From Pseudomonadota bacterium (lineage in GTDB: Archaea; Thermoplasmatota; SW-10-69-26; JACQPN01; JAJPHT01), in NCBI GenBank assembly GCA_021325135.1, contig JAJPHT010000050.1, positions 1 through 40,410 on the forward strand: a DNA stretch of 40,410 nucleotides, given 5' to 3'. Position numbers and translations under genes: made by a program. Positions 33,602 to 40,410 of this stretch are shown here, piece by piece; position 1 is the stretch's first letter; each line of letters starts with the position of its first letter. A model generated the notes under the pieces. It was not told the origin of the DNA, searched no databases, and worked only from the letters and a program-made list of their open reading frames with translations.

Positions 33602-34420
33602 ATGGAGCCGGCACTTCTGCGCGAGGCCGCGGCCCTGGCCGAGGAGGGCGTCGCGTGCGCCCTCGCCGTGGTTGCGCAGGCCACGGGCTCCGTGCCCGGC
33701 AAGCCCGGCGCCACGATGCTCGTCGCCATCGACGGCACGAGCAAGGGCACCGTGGGCGGAGCCGGGCTGGAGGAGCGCGTGAAGCGCCTCTGCATCGAGG
33801 CCATCCGCAGCGGCGAAGGGGGCGTCCACGCGTTCGACCTCGCGGGCTGGAAGGAGGGCGCGCTGGACAGCGTGTGCGGCGGGAGCGTCACCGTCGCCAT
33901 CCACGTCGTGCGCCCCGTCCCGCACCTGCTGCTCATCGGAGGCGGCCACTGCTCCGAGGCCCTCGCACGCGTCTGCGACGTCCTGCGCTGGAGCTACACC
34001 GTCGTCGACTCGCGCCCCGGCTACGCCGACGAGGCGCGCTTCTCCCGCGCCCGCGCGCTGGCCACGCAGGCGCCCGCCGCCTTCGCGCGCGAGGCGGACC
34101 TCTCGCGCTTCAGCCATGCGTATGTCATGGGCCACTCGCACCACGAGGACGGCGACGCGGTCATCGCGCTGCTGGAGAGGGGCTTCGCGGGCCACCTGGG
34201 CGTCATTGGCTCGCGCAGCAAGCTCCACGCCTTCCGCGAGCGCGCCCGCGAGGCGGGGCTCCCCGGCTCCGCGTTCGACGCCGTGCATTCCCCCATCGGG
34301 CTGGACGTGGGCGCGCAGACGCCCCCCGAGATCGCCGTCGCCGTCGCGGCGGAGATCGTCCAGCAGATCCACCGCCAGAAGGCCCTTCCCCCATCCCGAT
34401 CCACCCGCGTGATATCATGA
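33602..34420 (+). CDS. xdhC: XdhC/CoxI-family molybdoenzyme maturation factor
   Basis: GSVPGKPGA, GTVGGAGLE, CGG, GVIGSRSK, SPIGLDVGAQTPPEIAVAVAAEI. Confidence 0.92.
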   Translation: MEPALLREAAALAEEGVACALAVVAQATGSVPGKPGATMLVAIDGTSKGTVGGAGLEERVKRLCIEAIRSGEGGVHAFDLAGWKEGALDSVCGGSVTVAIHVVRPVPHLLLIGGGHCSEALARVCDVLRWSYTVVDSRPGYADEARFSRARALATQAPAAFAREADLSRFSHAYVMGHSHHEDGDAVIALLERGFAGHLGVIGSRSKLHAFRERAREAGLPGSAFDAVHSPIGLDVGAQTPPEIAVAVAAEIVQQIHRQKALPPSRSTRVIS

Positions 34421-34926
34421 CGAAGCGACTGATGACCTTCCGCATCAACGGCGCCGAGCGCACGCTCGCGCTGGAGCCCCAGGCGATCCTCCTCGACGCG
34501 CTGCGCGAGGACGCGAACCTTACGGGCACGAAGCGCGGCTGCGACATGGGCACCTGCGGCTGCTGCGCCGTCATCGTGGACGGCGTCGCGCGCCTCGCGT
34601 GCCTCACGCTGGCCAGCACCGTGCAGGGCCGCGAAATCACTACCATCGAAGGCGTGGGCGCCGGCGAGATGGACCCCCTCCAGCGCGCGTTCCACGAGGA
34701 GGGCGGGAGCCAGTGCGGCTTCTGCACGCCGGGCTTCATCATGACGTCCAAGGCGCTCCTGGACCACACGCCCGACCCCAGCGAGCACGAGATCCGCGAG
34801 GCCATCAGCGGGAACATGTGCCGCTGCACGGGCTACGTGAAGATCATCGAGGCCATCCAGCGCGCGGCGGACGAGCGGCGCGGCGCGAAGAACCCCCTGA
34901 TCCACGTCGAGGGGGTCGCTCCTTGA
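34417..34926 (+). CDS. Xanthine-oxidase-family 2x[2Fe-2S] subunit (HcrC-like)
   Basis: GCDMGTCGCC...C, QCGFCTPG, CRCTGY. Confidence 0.93.
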   Translation: MTKRLMTFRINGAERTLALEPQAILLDALREDANLTGTKRGCDMGTCGCCAVIVDGVARLACLTLASTVQGREITTIEGVGAGEMDPLQRAFHEEGGSQCGFCTPGFIMTSKALLDHTPDPSEHEIREAISGNMCRCTGYVKIIEAIQRAADERRGAKNPLIHVEGVAP

Positions 34927-37412
34927 AACTGGACCCCACCCCCCGCGCGAAGGACGTCGTCGCCTACCCCGACGCCGGCACCGAGAACTGGGAGCCCTAC
35001 CGGATGCCCCTGGCGCCGGGGCACCACCCGCACTACCCCCCCAACGGGCTGAAGCTCCTGGGCAAGAGCGTGCCCCTCGTGGACGGCGCCGCCAAGGTCA
35101 CGGGGCAGGCCGTCTACACGGATGATATCAAATTGCCCAACATGGTGGTCGCGAAGCTGGTGCGCAGCGCCAAGGCGCACGCGCGCATCGCGAGCATCGA
35201 CGTCAGCGCCGCGGAGGCGATGCCGGGCGTCGTGGGCGTCCTCACGGGGCTGGAGATGCGTCCCGAGCAGCGCTTCGGCGTGCTGCCCCTCACCAAGGAC
35301 GAGCACCCCCTCGCGCTGGACAAGGTGCGCCACATCGGCGACCCCGTCGCCATCGTGTGCGCGGAGGACGAATGGACCGCCATCGAGGCGGCGAAGGCCA
35401 TCCGCGTCACCTACGAGGACCTTCCGGAATACCTCGACCCCGCCAAGGGGCTCAAGCCGGTCGCGGAGAAGATCCACGCGGAGATCGGAGTCGACGGGAC
35501 CAACGTGCAGAAGTACGTCGACCAGGTGTTCGGCCACCCCGAGGAGTTCCTGGAAGGGGGGCAGAGCGCGCTGGTGCTGCGGCGGCAGTTCCGCTTCAAG
35601 GGCGTCACGCACGCGTTCACCGAGCCGCACTGCGTGATCGCGCACCACCACCCCAACGGGCGGCTCACGGTGTGGAGCGCGACGCAGGTGCCCTACTACG
35701 TCCACCGCGCGCTGGCGGAGGTCACGGGCCTGCCCATGCACAAGATCCAGGTCGTGCGCCCCAAGGTGGGTGGCGGCTTCGGCGGCAAGAGCGACCCCTT
35801 CGGCTTCGAGATGGCGACGGCGCTTCTCGCCATGAAGGTCAAGCGCCCCGTGAAGCTCCTCTTCGACCGCGAGGAGAGCTTCATCAACAACCGCGGCCGC
35901 CACCCGACGGAGACCGAGATGGCGCTGGCGTTCGACGAGGCGGGCAGCATCACGGCGCTGGACATCCAGGCGGTCATCGACGGGGGCGCGTTCGCGAGCT
36001 TCGGCATCATCAGCACGTACTACAACGGCGTGCTGAGCATGGGGCCCTACAAGGTGCCCAACTTCACGTACAAGGGCCGGCGCGTCTACACGAACCACAT
36101 GCCCAGCGGCGCGATGCGCGGCCACGGCGCGGTGAACTCGCGCTGCGCGGTCGAGGTGCTCCTGGACGAGGCCGCCGAGCAGATGGGCATGGACCCCATC
36201 GACCTGCGGCTGCGCAACCTCATGCCGCCCTACTCGTTCACCCTCAACGACTTCCGCATCACCTCCAACGGCCTCAAGGAGTGCCTGGAGCGCGTGCGCG
36301 AGCGCAGCGGCTGGGACCACAAGCTCCGCCAGCTCCCCGTGGGGCGCGGCATCGGCCTGGGGTGCGGCTTCTACATCTCGGGCTCCAACCTGCCCATCCA
36401 CTGGGACATCGAGCCGCGGCGCTACCCCCAGAGCACGGTCCACATCAAGATCGACATGGACGCGGGCGTCACCGTGCACACCGGCGCCGCCGAGATCGGC
36501 CAAGGGAGCGACACCGTCGCCGCCATGGTCGTCGCCGAAGTCCTCGGCATTGATATCAACCGCGTGCGGGTCTACAGCGGCAACAGCGACACGGCGCCCA
36601 TCGACCTGGGCTCGTACAGCAGCCGCGTCACGTTCATGATGGGCAACGCCGCGCGCAAGGCGGCGGAGGACATCCGGCAGCAGCTCATCCAGGCGGCCGC
36701 GCGCAAGACCGGCCAGCAGATCGAGCACTTCGTCCTGGAGAACGAGCGCGTCGTCTCCCTTTCGAACCCCGAGTTCCAGATGAGCTTCGACGAGGCCGTG
36801 AAGGAGGCCATCGCGGGCTCGGGCGCGCTCGTGGCGAAGGGCACGTTCATCAGCACGCCCATGGGCGGGAAGTTCAAGGGCGCGACCGCGGGCCTCGCCC
36901 CCGCGTACAGCATGAACGCCTACGTGGCCGAGGTGGACGTCGACATCGACACCGGCGTCTGGCGCTGCAGGAAGGTGTGGGCCGCGCACGACTGCGGCAA
37001 GGTGCTCAACAGGCTGAGCGTGGAGGGGCAGATCGAGGGGTCCATCCACATGGGGCTGGGCCAGGTCATGACCGAGAGCCTGGAGTACCGCCTCGCGCAG
37101 CTTCGCACGTCGAACCTCCTGGACTACAAGATCCCCACGCCCCTGGAGATGCCCGAGGTGGAGTGCATCCTGGTGGAGAGCAACGACGCGGAGGGCCCCT
37201 TCGGCGCCAAGGAGGCGGGCGAAGGGCCGCTCCTGCCCATCCTGCCCGCGGTGGTGAACGCGCTCTACGACGCCGTGGGCGTGCGCCTCTACGACCTGCC
37301 CGTGACGCCGGACCGCCTCTGGGCGGCCATGCAGCGCAACGGCGGCGCGAAGAAGCCCGCCGGGTTCCGGCCGCAACCGATGGTCCGGCTGCGCGGGGGT
37401 GGCGAGGAATGA
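34923..37412 (+). CDS. Xanthine-oxidase-family Mo-binding subunit (4-hydroxybenzoyl-CoA reductase alpha-like)
   Basis: GGGFGGK, GAMRGHG, EIGQG, GSYSSRVT, GQIEG, AKEAGEG; TTG start overlapping upstream TGA. Confidence 0.92.
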   Translation: MKLDPTPRAKDVVAYPDAGTENWEPYRMPLAPGHHPHYPPNGLKLLGKSVPLVDGAAKVTGQAVYTDDIKLPNMVVAKLVRSAKAHARIASIDVSAAEAMPGVVGVLTGLEMRPEQRFGVLPLTKDEHPLALDKVRHIGDPVAIVCAEDEWTAIEAAKAIRVTYEDLPEYLDPAKGLKPVAEKIHAEIGVDGTNVQKYVDQVFGHPEEFLEGGQSALVLRRQFRFKGVTHAFTEPHCVIAHHHPNGRLTVWSATQVPYYVHRALAEVTGLPMHKIQVVRPKVGGGFGGKSDPFGFEMATALLAMKVKRPVKLLFDREESFINNRGRHPTETEMALAFDEAGSITALDIQAVIDGGAFASFGIISTYYNGVLSMGPYKVPNFTYKGRRVYTNHMPSGAMRGHGAVNSRCAVEVLLDEAAEQMGMDPIDLRLRNLMPPYSFTLNDFRITSNGLKECLERVRERSGWDHKLRQLPVGRGIGLGCGFYISGSNLPIHWDIEPRRYPQSTVHIKIDMDAGVTVHTGAAEIGQGSDTVAAMVVAEVLGIDINRVRVYSGNSDTAPIDLGSYSSRVTFMMGNAARKAAEDIRQQLIQAAARKTGQQIEHFVLENERVVSLSNPEFQMSFDEAVKEAIAGSGALVAKGTFISTPMGGKFKGATAGLAPAYSMNAYVAEVDVDIDTGVWRCRKVWAAHDCGKVLNRLSVEGQIEGSIHMGLGQVMTESLEYRLAQLRTSNLLDYKIPTPLEMPEVECILVESNDAEGPFGAKEAGEGPLLPILPAVVNALYDAVGVRLYDLPVTPDRLWAAMQRNGGAKKPAGFRPQPMVRLRGGGEE

Positions 37413-38383
37413 GCATGCTCCTTCCCCCCTTCGAGCTTCACGAGCCCACCACCATCGAGGAGGCCGTGCGCCTCAAGGAGAAGCTCCCCGAGGCGGACTT
37501 CGTGGCCGGCGGCACCGACCTGCTGCCCAACTACAAGTGGGGGCTCAACACCCGCAAGCACGTCATCAGCCTGCACCGCGTGGACGAGATGCGCGGCGTC
37601 TCCGCCGAGCGCATCGGCGCGAACGTCACGCTCACGGAGATCGAGAAGAGCGGCCTGCTCGCGCAGAAGCTCCCCGTGCTGCCGGAGACGGCGAGGCAGA
37701 TCGCCACGCCGCTCCTGCGCAACAGCGGCACGCTGGGCGGGAACCTCATGCTGGAGAACCGCTGCTTCTTCTTCAACCAGACGTACCTCTGGCGCAAGAG
37801 CGTCGACTTCTGCCTCAAGGCCGACGGGGCGCAGTGCCACGTCGTGCCGCAGAAGGAGACGTGCTACGCGACCTTCTCCGCCGACATGCCCGCGCCCCTC
37901 ATCGCGCTGGGCGCCAGCATCGAGCTGGCCAGCGCGCGCGGCACGCGGCACGTCAAGCTCGCCGAGTTCTACCAGGGCGACGGCATCCAGCGCAACGTGC
38001 GGCGCCCCGACGAGCTGGTCACGGGCGTCACGATCCCCAAGGAGGCCCAGCGCCTTCGCGCGACGTACCGCAAGCTGCGCCTGCGCGACAGCTTCGACTT
38101 CCCCGAGCTTGGCATCGCGGCCGCGGCGCGCTTCGAGCACGGCAAGCTCGCGGCGCTCCACCTGGTGGCCAACGCGCTGGAGACGACGCCGCGCGTGCTG
38201 GACTCCCTGGGCGAAGGGCTCCTGGGCAAGCCGCTCACCGACGAGGCCATCGCGCAGGTGGCCAAGGCCGCCGAGGACGCGGTGCGCCCCGTGAAGAACA
38301 CGAACCTCCCGCCCAGCTACCGCAAGGCGATGACGCGGGTCTATGTGCAGCGCGCGCTTACGGACCTGCGCGCGCACGCGTGA
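37409..38383 (+). CDS. FAD-binding subunit with [4Fe-4S] insert (HcrB-like)
   Basis: AGGTDL, GTLGGNL; RC..FNQ...WR....CLK..G..CHV......C insert. Confidence 0.9.
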   Translation: MSMLLPPFELHEPTTIEEAVRLKEKLPEADFVAGGTDLLPNYKWGLNTRKHVISLHRVDEMRGVSAERIGANVTLTEIEKSGLLAQKLPVLPETARQIATPLLRNSGTLGGNLMLENRCFFFNQTYLWRKSVDFCLKADGAQCHVVPQKETCYATFSADMPAPLIALGASIELASARGTRHVKLAEFYQGDGIQRNVRRPDELVTGVTIPKEAQRLRATYRKLRLRDSFDFPELGIAAAARFEHGKLAALHLVANALETTPRVLDSLGEGLLGKPLTDEAIAQVAKAAEDAVRPVKNTNLPPSYRKAMTRVYVQRALTDLRAHA

Positions 38384-38386
38384 GGC

Positions 38387-39163
38387 TCACGCCTCGACGA
38401 CGAGGACGCTGCACGCCGCGATGCGCGCGGCGGCCAGGCCGTCCGCGTCGCGCGGCACCACGAGGAGGCTCGCCTTGGCGTCGCGGGCGCGCGAGGCCGC
38501 CTCGGCGCCGGTGGCCGCGAGGGAGAGGACGGGAAGGCGCGCCCGGCGGGCGAGGCGCGTCGCCACGAGACGCATCGCCTCTCCGGAGGCGACGATGGGG
38601 CCCGAGCCCGGCGGCGCGCGGGCGAGGAGGACGCTGGCCTCCGCGCCCCGGAGGACGGCCTCCGCGACGCGGCCCACGCGCGGGCTGCCCGTCTCCGGGC
38701 GGCTGGCCGCGCCCAAGGCGATGAGGTCGGAGCCGTGGAGCTTGGCCGCGCGCAGGATCTCCTCCGCGGGCGAGCCCGTGGCGTCGTGCAGCGTCGCGCG
38801 CACGCCGATGCCGCTCAGCTCCGTCATGGCCTCGTCCAGGGCCGCGCGCTGCTGGGCCTCGTTGCGCTGCGCGTCGGCGTCCCGCGTCCACCATCCGAAG
38901 CCGCCCTCGTCGCGGGGCGTGAAGGCGGGGACGCGGATGCCCGCCACGATGGCCTGCGCGGACCAGTCGGCCGCGAGGCGGCCCGCCCACGCCAGCGCGG
39001 CGAAGGCGGCGGGCGACGCGTCCAGCGCGACGAGGACGCGCGCGACCAGGGGCGCGGGCGGCGCCATGGCGAACTCGCCCATGGACGCGTGGATGGTCGC
39101 CTCGACCCCGGGGCTGGTGAACACGCTGCGGGCGAACGGGTCGAGGGAGAAATCCTGGGGCAT
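38387..39163 (-). CDS. Universal stress protein
   Basis: VLVALDAS, GSPAEEIL, DLIALGA, GRVAEAVL, SVLVV; start uncertain. Confidence 0.8.
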   Translation of the reverse strand: MPQDFSLDPFARSVFTSPGVEATIHASMGEFAMAPPAPLVARVLVALDASPAAFAALAWAGRLAADWSAQAIVAGIRVPAFTPRDEGGFGWWTRDADAQRNEAQQRAALDEAMTELSGIGVRATLHDATGSPAEEILRAAKLHGSDLIALGAASRPETGSPRVGRVAEAVLRGAEASVLLARAPPGSGPIVASGEAMRLVATRLARRARLPVLSLAATGAEAASRARDAKASLLVVPRDADGLAAARIAACSVLVVEA

Positions 39164-39246
39164 GCTCAACCCGCCCCCAACGGCGGGCCCGGGTTTGAGA
39201 GGGAGGGGAGGGCGGATTCCGGCGCGCCGAAAGCCGGGGGCCCGGC

Positions 39247-40143
39247 TCAGGGCCCGCGGTGGACGAGGACCGAGGCGGTCGACTGGTGGCAGAGCGCGCT
39301 GGCGGTGCTGCCCATGACGGAGGAGGCGCCGAAGCCCCGCGCGCCCACGACGACGAGGCCCGCGCCCGATTCGCGGGCCATCTGCGCGAGGACGCGCCCC
39401 GCGGGCCCGCTGCGGCGCGCGAAGGCCACCCCGGGGCGGGGCGCGGGCAGGTCCATGGCGGAGAGCGTCGCCTCGTCCAGGAGGAAGCCGGGCTCCAGCG
39501 GCTCGATGGCGTGCGCGAGGGTCGCGGGGACGCCCCAGCCTTTGGCCAGGCGCAGGGCGAGCCGCGCGGCGTCCCGGCTCGCGCGCGAGCCGTCGACGCC
39601 CGCGAGGACCGAGCGCGGCGGCGGGTCGCCGCGGGCGATGAGCACGCTGGCGCGCGTGCGGTTGCGCACGCCGTCGCTGACGCTGCCCAGGAGCGCGCGC
39701 CCCGCGGGCCCGCGGCCGTGGGAGCCCAGGATGACGAGGTCGGCGCGCTGCGCGTCGGCGACGCGGGCGATCTCGCGCGGCGCGGAGCCCACGGGGAGGA
39801 CACCCTCCGCCTCGACGCCGGCGGCGCGAAGCTCGACGACGCCCGCGTCCAGGAGCCTGCGCCCCGCCGTCTTCACGGCCTCGTACTCGGAGGCCAGCGG
39901 CCAGGCCTGCCCGTAGGCGACGTCGTAGATCTGCGTGTAGGGCGGCGGCAGCGCGTGCGCGGCCACGACGGGGGCCTGGAACTCGCGCGCCAGGGCGATG
40001 GCCCACCGCATGGCCGCGCGCGAGGTCTCGGAGGCGTCCAGCGCCACGAGGATCCGGCGGAACGCGGGCGCGCTCCCGGCCGCTGGCTCGCCCCGGCCGG
40101 CCCCGAACGCGAGGCGGTCGATGGCGTCGGCGACGTCCTCCAT
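39247..40143 (-). CDS. Universal stress protein (two USP domains)
   Basis: ILVALDAS, DLVILGSHGRG...LLGSVS; second domain VLAGVDGS, VVGARG...MGST. Confidence 0.9.
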   Translation of the reverse strand: MEDVADAIDRLAFGAGRGEPAAGSAPAFRRILVALDASETSRAAMRWAIALAREFQAPVVAAHALPPPYTQIYDVAYGQAWPLASEYEAVKTAGRRLLDAGVVELRAAGVEAEGVLPVGSAPREIARVADAQRADLVILGSHGRGPAGRALLGSVSDGVRNRTRASVLIARGDPPPRSVLAGVDGSRASRDAARLALRLAKGWGVPATLAHAIEPLEPGFLLDEATLSAMDLPAPRPGVAFARRSGPAGRVLAQMARESGAGLVVVGARGFGASSVMGSTASALCHQSTASVLVHRGP

Positions 40144-40267
40144 GGCGTGCTGGTGGCTCTGGATTGGGGCGCTCAAGGTCTCGCCACCCTCCTGGAGGCC
40201 ACGCCTCGTGCGTCTCCCTGTCGCCGAACCCGTTCGGCGCTGCCCCCGTGCCCTGGTAGCCCAAGCA

Positions 40268-40410
40268 AGGTCCCGCCCATCGCAAGTGCCAGCAGAGGGC
40301 CATCCGACCGCGGATTCCGATCAGAATTGTCCGGATTCCTTGTAGGGGGCCGAAGTCGCCGCCGAAGGCGGCGACGGAGCGCCCCCTAAGGGCAATTCTG
40401 ATCGGAATCC
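40268..40410. repeat. Dispersed palindromic element, copy 2 (inverted relative to copy 1; truncated by window end)
   Basis: Reverse complement aligns to 3438-3583. Confidence 0.9.

Overview
Very GC-rich archaeal chromosomal segment. aRF1, RFC small subunit, archaeal-type PyrH, DUF2116 and the 23S/5S rRNA indicate an archaeon; Thermoplasmatota-like is an inference. The window opens in the 3' end of 23S rRNA plus 5S rRNA. It then carries housekeeping genes (bcp, Ap4A-type NUDIX, gdhA, stand-alone Lrp domain, pyrH, aRF1, argS, cyclophilin, rfcS, panE, ThiI-like, dinB) and a large secretome: three related BNR/Asp-box propeller proteins, an S1 protease, a glycoside-hydrolase-like protein with expansin-like tails, and several Cys-rich microproteins. 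A mocA-xdhC-hcrCAB-like molybdo-flavoenzyme operon and two USP genes close the window. Best candidates for novelty: (1) a two-gene graspetide-type RiPP locus (34-aa precursor with its own promoter plus ATP-grasp ligase, 19524-20700); (2) a family of intergenic palindromic elements with cGNAg-triloop hairpins, including a ~150-bp element present twice with compensatory stem changes; (3) a duplicated and inverted copy of the aRF1 3' end that could form a switchable hairpin over the stop codon; (4) a probable CTG start for dinB. All calls come from motif recognition only; no searches were run.
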